NCBI GenBank assembly: GCA_022813865.1
Contig: JALDZX010000026.1
Coordinates: 1-64,000, forward strand
Length of the DNA stretch: 64,000 nt
Direction of reading: 5' to 3'
From: Xylographa opegraphella
Lineage: Eukaryota
The position numbers were made by a program, and so were the translations under genes. The notes under the pieces are model-generated. The model made no database searches. It was not told where the DNA came from and saw only the letters and a program-made list of their open reading frames with translations. Positions 50,967-63,870 of the stretch are shown here, piece after piece (the first letter of the stretch is position 1; each line of letters begins with the position of its first letter).

Positions 50967-52980
50967 TCACATTACCGTGAGGCCGTGGACCTCCACCCCT
51001 GCAAAGGCGCGGCAGATTCCCTCCAAAGGCAGCATCACCTCCGCATACATTGCCTCGCGCAGTGCGGTTTCCGTCGAAGCAGGAGTCCGCGTCCGGATAT
51101 TACAAAATATGCACGAGCCGATGACTCCTGCGAGCTGCGTTCCGGCGTCGTCCGCGATCTGGCGGTGCCAAGCGGCCGCGGTGGCGAAGTCGGTGAAGTC
51201 ATTCGGACGGCCATTGGGACCCAGGTACTGGCTCCGGAACAGTTGTTCCTCCAAACTCTCTCCGAACCAGAGCTCGAGGAGCAGGACGCCGAGACAGAAG
51301 ATGGCAGCATTCATGGATTCCAGAGGTTTGTCGTCGATGGTGCGGTCTTGACTTGGCGATATGTATGGCTGGTCCACTACAATGGGTCTGGCGCACCCTG
51401 CACTTGCTTTTAAGAATGCTATGTGCTTCTTATTCCAGTCTCCTCCGAGCCACGGGGTATTGCAAAGCTCAATTGCGGAGGATGCGAGCGTTGCGGCCAG
51501 AGACATTCTCTCACGTCTTGTCAGCCTTGGGGCCCGTCCATTCGTGTCTAGGGTCCATGGTTGCCCATGAGTGGTGAGCAGACTGTCCAATGTCACCGTT
51601 TCTCCCGTATCAGAGGTTGTCACCGCCTTGGGCAGAGCGTAGAATTCATGGCGTTGTCTGTTTTGATCAAGAAGGAAGCCGAGACAGTATTCTTCGTGGG
51701 GGAGATTCTGCATAGCTGCGCAAAGATTGCGTATCTCCTGCGAATGGACAGTGCGCGGTTCTGAAGCACTTGCCACATTCGGGGATGCTGCAAAGGTCAC
51801 TCTTCGAGAGTTCGAGGTTTCGGAAGCGCCAGCGATGTGGGATGTGCCTGGGACCGCAGGAAGCGGCTTGTCAACCCGCAGTCGAGAGACCTGCGACGCG
51901 ACATCATCATCGGTGCCAATGTACTCGTCTACCTTAACCTTCGCCTGTTGCCACTTCCAGGGCGATGACTCACGCGCTTTAAGTCTTGTCTGGAAGGTGA
52001 ATAGAAGATCGAAGGTATCTACCGAGACGCCGGCATTGTCCGAAAGCAAACCTTTCGAAGCTGTAGTATGTTCTCGCTTCTTGAGAAGAAGTTTCGTATC
52101 ATGGGTTGCAGAGCATGTGCATCGCCATCCTTGCGTGATGATCGCGTGTAAATTACAAGCCCGAATCCGGAATTGGGGAGATGTCGTCGACGACGGTTTC
52201 CGACGACTTCTTGCAAGAATGACCCGATCGCTAGAATGCAGTAATTCCTTGAGCTCGCTGTTGTGCTTGACCAACGCACTCAAACGCTTCTCTCGCTTCC
52301 TTCTGTTCCAAGTGAACTTGATTCGTTCCTTCTCAAAATCCAGTCTATCTTCCGGCAAGAATGGAGTCTGGATGGAGGGCAGAGAATGATCAGATCAGAG
52401 CGCGTGGAAGCGGGCGGATAAATAAGGGAACTAAGCAGAGGCGCGGAAGTATAAACAATTGCTTTCACGATAGAAAACAGCACAAAGGCAGACAACAGGA
52501 GCCTTAAGGGATAGTTATAGCGCAGTATTGGAATTGCCAGTGGCCTTCTCTGCATATTTGCATGGGAGGCTGATGTACACGTACCGTGGTGGCAATCACT
52601 TGCTCGATGCCGAACTCGGTTTTCAAGAGCTTCGCCATGATGCGATTGATCTCATCCATTGTGACCCGGTATTGGTCATAGCTTCTGGGTAGTCTTCTTT
52701 TCAATCGATCCTCAAGGTTGAGCCAAGAGGGGCCTCCAGGATCTTGCATCAAGCATTTCAGCTCCAAGTCAGAATGAACCACGGTGGTCAACAACTCCTC
52801 AAGGTTGTTCTCGAACAAGGCCCTCTGCGTTCGGAGAGTGTGGCAGAACGCCGTGAAGTTGGGTCGAAAGTGGTACCAGTCCGAAATCTTCTCATATCCT
52901 TCGCGGTAGTGCTCGGCAGCAGAGACAAGGAGAGGGAATGCAGCAAGAACGAGACCAGCTGTCTCAATCCCGGTGGCCAT
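50967..52980 (-). CDS. HeLo-like N-terminal domain + degenerate kinase-like C-terminal domain (DUF7580-type), 2 exons, ~598 aa
   Basis: Exon 1 52980-52585 begins MATGIETAGLVLAAFPLLVSAAEHY, a hydrophobic/amphipathic first helix typical of HeLo-like domains. Exon 2 52367-50967 contains RRERMSLAATLASSAIEL..TPWL..DWNKKHIAF and IFCLGVLLLELWFG, resembling a kinase C-lobe with no HRD/DFG motifs. Confidence 0.7.
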
Positions 52981-53344
52981 GCTACCTCCGCGGTGGCCTG
53001 GTGAGGCACCGAGAAGGCAAAGCCGTACTGTCGGCGATTAATCGGCGTAATGAGGAAACTCATACACGATTGGCTGAATAGTCACTTATATCATGAAGCC
53101 AACGATCAAGAATCAATTCTTCGGCGAAAAGCTGCATCATCAATGGGATGCGAAGGAACGATGCTTCGTATTGGCCGGTAAGCGCCTTGCAGAAAGACTG
53201 GGAACAACAATCCCGCCATTTCTATTTAAACACTGTGATTGGATCACAGGCGTGGGGTGGGCTTTCATTGGTCACCATCGATGCGATAATACTTCGAAAG
53301 CAGAGTTGTTTGGCTCAGGAGGCATAAGTTTCATTGCAGCAGTA

Positions 53345-56300
53345 ATGTCCACCGAGAATGTCTCTGTTTCACACCATGCGCACGTTTGTATATATTTGTT
53401 CAAGGCGACGTCTTCCCATCTGCGAAACTCGTATCAAGAATACATCAATCACCAGGAATTCCTCGATGAGTATGGACGTTACAATCTCTGGCTTCAAGAC
53501 AGCGGAGCCGTGAGGGTTGGTCGGCGTTCATTAGATCATCGCCTTGCAGAATCAACATACATCTCTGGGCCTGTTCTGTACCTGGTCAAGGACTTGCGCC
53601 AAGCGCTCGAGGAAGGTCCGCGTCTTATTTCATAAGTGCAAAGCAATGCTTACATCGGCTAGTACTCGCTATTGTCAGCGACAAAAGACCACAGAGAACC
53701 TACGAACTGCAAGAATCGGCTGCCGATGTGAACGTTGACGAATTGAGTATCAGCTCGAATTCAACCGATTCTGATTTCGACGCCCAGAGTCCGCTCGGCT
53801 TGAATCCAGGTCCGACAACAGAGCTACATCAACTATTTCTAGCCATAAACGAGACTATCAACAGCCTTTTTAGACTCTCTTACCTTGTTCAGGATCCTCG
53901 TCCCCGAGACCGCTACACGCAAAATACTTCGACCACTTCTCTCAACGAATCCTACGACATCGATCACGTATGGAATCAGTATCCCTATGTTCGCTCGACC
54001 ACCTGGCTTCTTCGTCGCCTTGGGAAGGCCAATGCTAGGCGCCGACAGTTCTTTCGAAATGCAGATGCTCGTCTAGAGCAGAGGGCTCAGGCTCAAGGTT
54101 TGCCAATAGAGGACGAAGCAGAACCGACACAATTGAACAACGAATCGGTTACAGTCGCTACTCAAAATCCTTCCACTCTTTTTTCTGTTGCGCAAAGGAA
54201 GACTAATTCTGCGATATCTTTTGTTAATAACGATGATTTCAACGAGGATGATGTACGATCAGTAACGTCGTACGGTACATCAGTGAATTCTGAAAATAAA
54301 ATGTTTAATCGTATTCCGCCTCCACCGAGAGAATCTATCAACGGACGACCATTTGAGTGTAAATACTGCTATCAAATGATAACTGCAAAATCCCCAGGAC
54401 CTTGGAGGTACGAAGCCCAATCACCTCAAGCATTAGTTTGACCATACTAACATCTGCTTTGGCTCAGGAAGCATGTCTTTGGTGATCTATTGCCTTACAT
54501 CTGCACTTTCGAGAATTGTAGTCTGAAGATGTTTGGCGAGCGTCACACATGGTTTGAGCACGAACTAAACTTCCACAGAAGAGAATGGTCTTGTTTTATA
54601 TGCTCCTACTCCTCGACAATCGAAGCAACCTTCAAGAGGCATTTGACCGTGAGCCATCACGACTTATACACCGAACCACAACTTCCATTTCTCATGATGA
54701 AGTGTGAATCGTCGATTCGTACGATCCCTGCGAATGCTTGTCCGTTTTGCAATAACGACAGCTGGACAACGCCTAGTCCAGACCTATTATCACAACCAGC
54801 CACTGGTCCCGAGAATAGTGCGAATCTGGTGAGCCTGAAACAGTTCCGCAGTCACGTGGGACGCCATATGGAGGATTTGGCCCTGTTTGTGCTTCCTCAG
54901 CGTTACGACGCGGAGAACTCAATCAGCTCAAGTTCTGATAACTCGGATACAGATAACGATTCCGAGTCTGACACACCAGCCATAATTTCTAGCAAACGAG
55001 ATCGTATGGGGCGTACATCTCTAGCGAGAGCGTGCGCTGCACAGCGGGTTGACGAGGTTTGGCGATTGATCGCAGAATTTCCGCAAGAGCTGGACGCAGC
55101 GGACTATGCAGGCAACACACCGTTACAGATTGCCAGCAGTAACGGTAACATCGAGATCGTAGAGGCACTCCTCGATTCTGGATGTGGCACGAAGTGTAGA
55201 AATAAGGTCTGGAACACTCCTCTCATGGAAGCCGCCATGCACGGACATAGCAGCGTTGTTTTCAGGTTGATTGCTGCAAGTATTAGTGCTGATGAACGCA
55301 ACGCTGATGGCAAGACGGCCATAGACATGCTGGATGCAAGTGTAGCAGATTATGAAATTATCAAAACGGCTCTTACATATGCCGGAATCGATGTTACCAA
55401 GACCGAAATCGCAGAAGCGGAACAGACGGACAATAATGGCTGGGAGAGCGATAAGACCGATACCCCTATTACCAGGCAATTGATAGTCGCAGTAGGGACA
55501 GGAGCTGAAGCTGAAGCCGAAAAACTTCTCGAGAGTGGGGGCGATCCTGATGCAAAACACTTCAGAGAAAGAAGAACGAAGATAAGGGCGCTCGACGTAG
55601 CTGCAATATACAACCACTCAACATTGATACCTTTGCTCATACGTTACGGCGCGAACATAAAGCTTGTTAATCCGGTAACACCGATCATACTTGTGGCAAA
55701 CAGTCTTGTGGAACCTCTGCGTTTACTTCTGGAGAATGGGCTCGATATCAATGTTCCCTGCTTGGACCTTAAACCAACTGCTCTTAGTTGTGCAGCGTTG
55801 AGTGGCCAGGTAGAAATAGTCAGATTACTACTGGCATTTGGCGCGGACCCTAACAGAGAGATCCCGATGTTGCCGTTGTGGCCGCCAGCATTACCAGCGC
55901 TCCACCATGCTGCAAGCACTGGTAATGAAGAGATCGTCGAATTGCTACTGGCGAGCGGGGCTGACATTCAGCTGAGAAGTTGCTTTGGTACTTCGGCATT
56001 ACACCACGCGGCATCGAGCGGTCAATGTCAGATGATACGGCTACTCGTCCGTCACGGAGCTCACCTCGAGGTCGTGGACGATGGTCGCTTGACACCACTC
56101 CTCAACGCAATCAAGCACCACAAGGTGGAAGCCTGCAAGTTGCTGTGCTCGCTTGGCGCCTCCACCAATTCCAACCCGGCGAGGCAAGGGGCACTGTCCT
56201 ACGCCGCTGAGCAAGGCCAACTCCCAATAGTACAATACCTGCTCGATGAGGGAGCCGATATCGATACCTGCGATACCGGGCTCGGAACTCCCCTTCACCA

Positions 56301-56502
56301 TGCCGCCGCTTTGCGCTTGCCGGGCATGATCCAGTTCTTGCTCCAGAAAGGTGCGAATATATCGATCAGAAACGTTCGAGGGAAAACGGCGCTGGATTTC
56401 GTGGTTCAGAGTGGAGCTGAAAATCTGGCGAAAGTGTGGTCCACCTATGCGGTTGACAGGAACCCCACGAGTTCCAACGATGCGGATACTCCCAATGACT
56501 AG
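53345..56502 (+). CDS. Helical N-terminal domain + C2H2-like zinc fingers + ankyrin repeats, 3 exons
   Basis: Predicted exons 53345-53615, 53663-54407 and 54468-56502. N-terminal EYGRYNLW..DSGA...SLDHRL and RRLGKANARRRQF; zinc-finger segments FECKYC...WRKHVFGDLLPYICTFENC, WFEHELNFHRREWSCFIC...HL..SH, CPFC...HVGRHMEDLA; about 10 ankyrin repeats (GNTPLQIA, TPLMEAA, ALHHAA, TPLHHAA). Confidence 0.82.
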
Positions 56503-57090
56503 AGATCTGCCATTGTCCAACGGGGAGTAGAGCTTCCGCAAGGCTTTCAAAGGCAGAACGTGATCCTGTGGCAGCTGTCGAGTCATAATCTCAGCCCCCC
56601 TCATTCACTTCGTCAGCGCCGCCAAATATTCTCGTCATTTGTGAGCCTTGGTAGTGCTTGACAACTTTTGCCACCGTCGCGCCCAACAGCAACAGTCTTT
56701 ATCATGGACGAACTCTTCCATGCAGTCTATAGCAGTAGTGTAGCCCCGATCATCAAGAAGATGACCAACCGTTTCGGATGCAAGGGAATGGTTATCACGA
56801 CTTGTGAGCCACAGGGGTACCACGCTGCTAAAGATTCTGGAGGTCGACAACCACGTTCTTACTAGTTGTACACACATACGACAATGATTCAAGCTTTCTC
56901 TCACCGCCACAACTCAGCCGTGGACCATCGAACGACGTATGATTGTATCTGCTATATATACCAACCTATAATCCCGCTGTTTTGCCCCCATCAGCCCGCT
57001 CACGCGGCGCCATCCAGCCCATTTTCCCAAACACAAACCCATCCCTCGCACGCGTATTATATACATATAAAATACCCCTCGTACCGTACC

Positions 57091-58610
57091 TCAGGTATAG
57101 AACTGACTCTTCATGAAGCCCTCCGCGCTCAACTCTCCGGGCTTACGCTCCACCTGGGGTCTCTGGATCCCCACCTTCATGCTCCCTTGCCGACTATTCT
57201 CCCCTTCCGTCGTCATTGTCTGGGCCCGACTACCCGACGGGCTGCCCGCTCCTATTTCCTTGGGGCGTCGCTGAATGACCTCCAAGTACGGACTCGGCAG
57301 ATAGCCGATCCGCTTATCGCGCGCCCTGCATCGCCACCATTCGGACGGATTGCCCAGAGGATCGGACTTCGAGAGCACGGCGACGAGGTCGTCTTTCTTG
57401 ACTTCAAGATCGATGCCGGGAGTGAATGCGGTTCCGTTTAAGTCCGGTACGTAGTCGTAGAGGACCCTACAGAAGTCCAGCTGGCTGAGATCCAGGGGTT
57501 GTATCTGTTGTTGGTCGGGGGGAAGCGGTCGTCCATCTGGACCCAGAAGTAAGCCCTGGGCGGCAGCTTTCTCGTCTTGAGATTTGGCAAGGGCATGGAT
57601 GAGCTTGCCCATTAGATACGGAAGGCCGAAGGCAGCGAGAATAAAGAAAAGAAAAGGCTTTTTCGAAGGGCGTGGAGGTGCGGGAGAGCCATCAGGTAGT
57701 GTAGAAGGTGTGATTCCTTGCGAGGCGAAGAATGCGGCGGGTGTGAGGGCCGTGGCGTCTGCTGGAGGAGGACGTCCAGTGACTTTGGCAAGGAGGGTGC
57801 GTACCCATCGAAGGATGGTGAAAATACCGAGAATAGAGCCTAGAGTATCTCGAAGATTGGAGAACTGTTCGGCAACGGAGATCATAGCTATGATAGACAT
57901 CAATTAATGGCACTGTCATTTGGGTGATTCGGGATAGTCATGACAGTGTCGGGATACCACAAAGGAGAAAAGACGGGATCTGACGTACCGAAAAAGCTCG
58001 AATGCGTCGCCATGTAAGTGCTCTCCAGCATCTGCGCAAAGCCCCCGAAAGCACCCACTATGCTCTCGATGATCTGAAAGGTCGCCTGGGTGCTCTGACT
58101 GAAGCTGTTGGACAAGCTGTTAGGATCTCCACCCATCCCAGGCTGTCCGGGATATCCTCCCATTGCCCCGTACATGCCGCCAATTCCCCCCATTCCTCCA
58201 TACATCGAGCCGTATCCACCCCCATACATGGAGTTTCCCATCCCACCCAGGCGTGAGTACGGAGAGGAATAACTTCCGTAGCCACCGCTAGCGCCGCCGT
58301 AGGGAGAGGCACCATATCGAGAAGCCCCTCCATACGGCGAATAATTCGAGGCGGTCTGATTAACCACAGAGTTTAGTGTAGACGGTCTGGCGGGAAGGCT
58401 CGGGGGTTGAGCCTGTGACGAAGAGGAGGTAGTGGAAGAAATGTGAGGATTAGCTGCGGCGGTACTTGCAGATCCTGGATTTGATGAGAGCGCTGATTGG
58501 AAAGCGACCAATGTCAGTGGACAATTGAGACGAGGACAATATAGCATACCGGGACACCTACTTGCGGCACCAGCTCGCTCCCATGGCTTCGGTGGTGATT
58601 GTGAAGTCAT
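57091..58610 (-). CDS. PEX13: Peroxin-13 (peroxisomal docking protein), multi-exon
   Basis: SPPKPWE N-terminus; YG-rich region; STQATFQIIESIVGAFGGFAQMLESTYMATHSSF; TM segments; C-terminal SH3 (FCRVLYDY...EWWRCR...GYLPSPYLE). Confidence 0.95.
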
Positions 58611-59345
58611 GAAACAGCAAACTTTCCCTACTTGTTATCACAAGATCGCTCACACGGCGGATCTTTGCACCAAGTATAGTGTCGCTCCTTTGGTAAGCAG
58701 GTTGTCTATCTGATCTTTGTTCGCTGGATGCTCTCCCAATTGCTTGGTAGGGCTGCCTCGGCAAGTGACGTGAGGGGCTTCGTTGGCTTTTCCAAAGGCG
58801 GTACGGAGGTATTGAGATACTGTAACCAAAAAGTCAACAAGAACTTGTTTACTCTTTACTACTTCCACCAAAATTAAGACTCGTGCAGTATCCTGTGCAA
58901 CAGCGCGATATTCTGTCGCCTTCACTTTCATCTGGAGGTTAGGTGACAGAATTACCTCGGCTAGGATATGTCAGCCGGAGAGCATTAATACGGCCCGACC
59001 TAGTCGAGCTAGTCGAGCCCCCGGCCAGCGGTTATCTCCGTTTCCAGCATGTGCTAATTCCTCCTGATCAGATCTCCCTGCTACGACGATGTTTTGTGAA
59101 CAGCAAGAAATTTCTGAGATAGACAACTATTGCTGGTACGAGCTCACTGCAATTACCAAACAGCATAATGTTACCGCCTCATGGAGCGGATGCATGATGG
59201 TACAAAGGTTTCAATACCTAGGGTTTGCGCAACATTTCCAGTCATACTACCGCTTACAGCTCCGGGTCCTTACTTGTCACATCTAAGTACAGCCATCCAT
59301 TTCGCCTATCCAACATAACCGCACTGCTATAAGCAGTGTGCTGTC

Positions 59346-60751
59346 TCATGGGATGATAACGTTGAATGGAGTGGAGTTGGGGCTGTTGATGTAGCCTGCA
59401 ACAGCGGCTCCTGAAAGAGTACTGCCAAAGGGTGTGTTGGGACTTAAGACCTCAACGTGCGCAACACCGCCAGATACAATGGCCGCGATCTTCATCGTTT
59501 CAGAGGTAGGCCTTGGGAGGCCCTGTGGTGGAGTGCCTGCATAGTTGCTGCCCATGTGCATACTCGCATACCCGGTGGTGGCGCCAGCCTCGAGGATCTC
59601 GTGAATGTCCCATTCTCCACAGCCAGTTGCCCAGCAGCTGCACTTTCCATATTGCTGCTGATTTACAATCTGGGTATTCAGGAGCCAGAATGCCGGCATG
59701 TCTGCGTTGAGATATCCTGTTTGTCCACTCGCCGGCATTTGAATCTCAATCATGAATACCTTCTCGGCACCGCTCCAGCCATCTAGCTAAAGTCAGTGGA
59801 TCCCGTTATCGAGGTACATACAGGGAAGGTCTTACGATGAGCATTCGCGCCCGGAGCTGTTGCACCGCAATCATTTTTACATACAACGTCCGAAGAGACG
59901 ACGAATTCAACGCCATCGGGTATCAGGCAATTTTCAAGAATTGTAGGTTGATGAGATGAATTCTGGCCATTTGGTGTGATGTATCCAAGTGTGGCACCGA
60001 GAGATTTGCTGTATCATCGTCAGTGTGAGTGACATAGGCCACAGATACAGTGCTTACTATGTCGCCGAGTTCCAGTTGACATTTCCCAGAAATGTTAGGC
60101 CATCAGCTGTAGCTGACTCGGCGTCATAGTATGCTACGCGGCCCCAATTGCCTTTACCGGCATCTATGACTGGGGCTGCCGCTGGCGCGGCCACAGGTGA
60201 TGCTGCTGCAGGAGATGCTGTTGGCTTTGCTGCAGCTGGGGCTGGACTTGCAGCATCCCAATTGTCTGTCATGGTTACCACCGTTCCAAACATTGTCGCT
60301 GTTAAGAGTTGACCATTGCGCTTGTCGACATTCTCCTTCTCCTCACGAATTTCCTTTTTCTTGTCATGAAAATGCTGGTGACCATGACGGCGGTGATGAG
60401 CGTCCGCTTTCAGGTTACGCTTTCTGTTTGAGGGATTGTCTTGCGTGTAAACAGCGAACTGTTTAACTTTGGCAGGCCCTCGAATGACAGCGGAGAGCTT
60501 CACATCACGAAAGAATGTCAGTCTCCAAGTACACGAGAATTGAAAAAACATCTACGCACCTCTTCATCTAATGGAGAGTTCGCACCATTGAACTTGTACT
60601 GTTCGGTCGGACATTCACCCTGAGCATTCAGGCTCTTGAGTTTCTGGTAAGTGCCTGATTTTGGAAAGCCTTTGAAGGTGATGCCATGCGCCGAGGTGGT
60701 TCCCAGGACACCGACGAGCAGCGCGGCGCCGATGATGGCGATGTTACGCAT
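59346..60751 (-). CDS. Tos1/Pga52-like secreted cell-wall protein (DUF2403/DUF2401), multi-exon
   Basis: Signal peptide; GANSPLDEE; IRGPAKVKQFAVY; His-rich HHRRHGHQHFH; WGRVAYYDA; DMPAFWLLN and QYGKCSCWATGCGEWDIHE. Confidence 0.85.
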
Positions 60752-62236
60752 GTTGCGTTAAAGGTGATATTTCTAGCGATGTGTGGTGGAAGTACTTAGG
60801 TAGGCGATGAGTTTAGATCCTGCTCTAGGATGAAGATACTCGTTATTCTGTGGGGTTTTGGCTTAGAGCTCGGGATGAAGTTATGCTTGATCGCGACTGC
60901 TATAATTTTGTGTGGTTGGAACTGAGCGACTTCCCGAGCCTTCAAGTGAACGTGGTAGGCACAATGACCTTTGAGGATTCGATGATCAACCAACGGCTGA
61001 GGTCAATAATGAGAAAGGAGTGAATGAATTCTTTGATCGACCAGACGGGCTCCCAGTGACCGGCTCGTCACACAAAGACCATGAAGGTTCGGGATGAGCC
61101 AGCCAATAGCGATGAAGTGTCGACGAATGATGCGGTTTGGATATTCGCGGGCCGCTCGCGTACTTTTTGCTCGGGTACCGGTGATCGTTCCGGGGGGTTC
61201 AGCCGCCGAGCTACAGGGGCCAGACGTTAGGGTTAAGGGCCGGTCAGCGGTCACGCGTTTCTCATCGTGAAGGATATCAGCGCGATGCTTCTCAACCAGC
61301 TTACTGCCACGGAGGGACTGATCTACTTGCGTCGACAAGTGTACAAGGTGATTCAAGAGTATTAAATCACGACGACAGTTATTTCAAGGGATCTTGTGAC
61401 ATTCCGTTGTGAGGAATTCAAAACAACAAAAGCAGGGCCACTGATTGGACGTGTCAAGTTTTAAATATAGAGCCTTGAAAACAAGGTCGTCTACTCTTTG
61501 TATCTTTACACTTGAGTGGCATGGTGATATGTCTGGTTATGTGCAGTGGTCGCGGTCGAGGTCGTGGTCATCAGCTTGTGACCAGTCATTGTGGCGTGAC
61601 AGCACAAGTGTGAGTCTTTTGCGACAGAGTCTCGGTGATCCTAGGCATTGGCGATAAGTCACCGAACATGGTGCTCAGGACAGCGACTGCTGAATCATCG
61701 TCGGTGCTGAGGTACGCTCAGCCATGGATGCAATACGAGTTGCTTTCGAACCTTCACTGTCCAACATGAACTGGTGTCATTGGCTGCCGCTTCCGAGGAT
61801 TCATGCTGTGTCACATCGCGGTCGACTCGTTGCACTTCCACGATATTACAACCGACATGTGCGGCTTGTAATGATACGTCATTCGGTGTGGGCATTGGTG
61901 ACTGCGCTCGAGTGATTGATCTCATCGAGGTGAGGGCCGGGGAACAGACGGCTCAAGAAACGGGTAGAATGGCAAGGGTTACGAGACAAAACCATCTAAA
62001 AGCTTCATTTGCGAGTCTGTTTCATCCACGATAACTTTATGGGCCAGTCTATCCGAGCAGAGATGGGAATATAGACAGATCTTAAGCGTCCTCGAGACAG
62101 ATGTAGCATAGAAGTCGCCCTCTTCCCACATTGAACCTTTCCTCTATGAGTAACAGCAATGCAGACCATTCCCGTGGGTATATCATGTCATGCCATCATA
62201 AATCATGCTGCCCAGCAAGCACTATGCCCATGTCCA

Positions 62237-63870
62237 TCAACCAGCATTCCTTCTCGTCCCTCCCCCAACGCCTGCCACGTTACTCGCATGCGCCAGCAGG
62301 AACTTACAACACGTCAAGGTGTACTTGCACGCATGCGTCCAGGCCTCGTCCTGACTGATGCCAAGCTTGATGCTGACACCATGGATCTTGTCCTTGTCGA
62401 TCTTGTAGGGGAGTTTCAGACCCCCAGCCTGCTGTCCCCGTGCCGTTTGGCTTTCACCATTCTCGACGAAGTCACCCAGCTGACGAAGACATTCGAGGAA
62501 AGCAACCATCGCATCATTGAAACGTCGGTGGAGGATCGTACGGCCAAGCGGCAAATCACCGGATGAATAAAGCTCGAGCGCAGTGATCTTGGGTTGCTGT
62601 GTCCGTGGGGAGGTATTTGGGAAGGGTCCGGATGGTATTCTCGTACTCGTAGTGGAGCCGGCGACTGAATTTGTGTTTGGGTACTCAATCCGCTCGATGT
62701 ACGAGGAGCTACCCATGGGTTTGATTCTGTACCCGCGAAATTGAAATCCTAGTCTATCAGCCACAGTCGCAAGCAACAAAGCTGTGGTACCCCAAGCAGC
62801 GTTGATTTCTGCCCACTCGATATTGTTTGGAGGTGCAAGTCTGCCAAGTCGAAGGCCATTGATGGTGCCGAAGTTGCCATCATGACCAATACAAAAGGTG
62901 TCGTTGTAAACATTTGTCCGCTGTAATCTCTCCAGCTGTTGTGAATCATGGAGGTAAGCAGCCTGCAGAGCATCGCTAGTATCCCGTAATGTGGACAGCC
63001 TTAGTGCAAAGGCGTTTCGCGATCTCCAAAACTCTTCCTCCTCACGGTCTAAAGCCCGAGACTCTGCTTCCAGCTCGGCTACTTCATCCGATAGTATGTC
63101 CCTCTCTTCCTCAAGAGCCTTGAGCTCGATTAATGCCTTCTCTTGCTTTTCGTTCACGATTATGAGCTCAGCTTCAGCCTTGGCGACCTCGCTCTCGGAC
63201 GGGATGCTATTTTTTAGTTCTTTGAGGAAAGCGGTATACGCATCGCGCTCCTTGATTGAAGCAGCAAGCCTGGCTTCCATAGAGGCGAGTAAAATCTCCG
63301 TACATTCGGCACATATTGGATGATCTATGTCTGATCTGGAGGAAAGAATCTCGAAGAGTCGCGAGGCAGAATCAATACCATTAGAGAGAGACTGATGTGG
63401 GACCTCGGACAAGGCGCTCGACATCGAAGCTGGCTGCTTCACTGGTGCCTTAACAGAACTGTTCTTCCTGTTACTGGCTATTGCTGGAGGCGGGTGGACT
63501 TGAGACTCTGTAAGCATGACGAACGACATCGCTGGATTGTCTACAGCAGATGTGCGACCCGGTGTATCGGAGTTATGTACTGCTGTGCTCTGGCGAAGAT
63601 CTGAAGCTGTTCCCTTGAAAAGAGGTGGTGCTGCATTCTGCAGCGCTTTCTGAAGCTTCTCATTTCTCTCACTGGGATAGAGTGGCCTAGAGAGTGCTGT
63701 AGATTTCCGATGAGGTTGTGTGCTTGAGCCTAGGAAATGTTAGCTTACACCTGTGGTTTCCATAGATGCTTCGATTATCACAAACCCACTAGTAAATCGA
63801 AGGCAGCAGGATTCAGGTCTTGAAGAGATGGATCTAGTCTTAGCGGTACACGGCACCTTTGGCAGTTCAT
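62237..63870 (-). CDS. ATG6: Beclin-1/Vps30/Atg6, 2 exons
   Basis: Exon 1 MNCQRCRVPLRLDPSLQDLNPAAFDLL (63870-63786); exon 2 (from 63729) has SDIDHPICAEC, a coiled coil, RTNVYNDTFCIGHDG.FGTINGLRLGRL, EINAAWG and WTHACKYTLTCCKFLLA. Confidence 0.95.

Noticed and set aside
53093..53344. Upstream in-frame extension of the ZnF-ankyrin gene (ORF from 53093)
   Set aside because: The extra 84 codons look non-conserved and fall in the shared promoter. The family-like sequence begins at the ATG at 53345, though the longer start cannot be excluded.
61226..61240. Telomere-like TTAGGGTTAAGGG
   Set aside because: Only two imperfect units in an intergenic region; not a telomeric tract.
23099..63870. ATG14-like and ATG6 genes (same PI3K complex) in one window as an autophagy cluster
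   Set aside because: They are about 37 kb apart with a dozen unrelated genes between them; chance linkage is sufficient.
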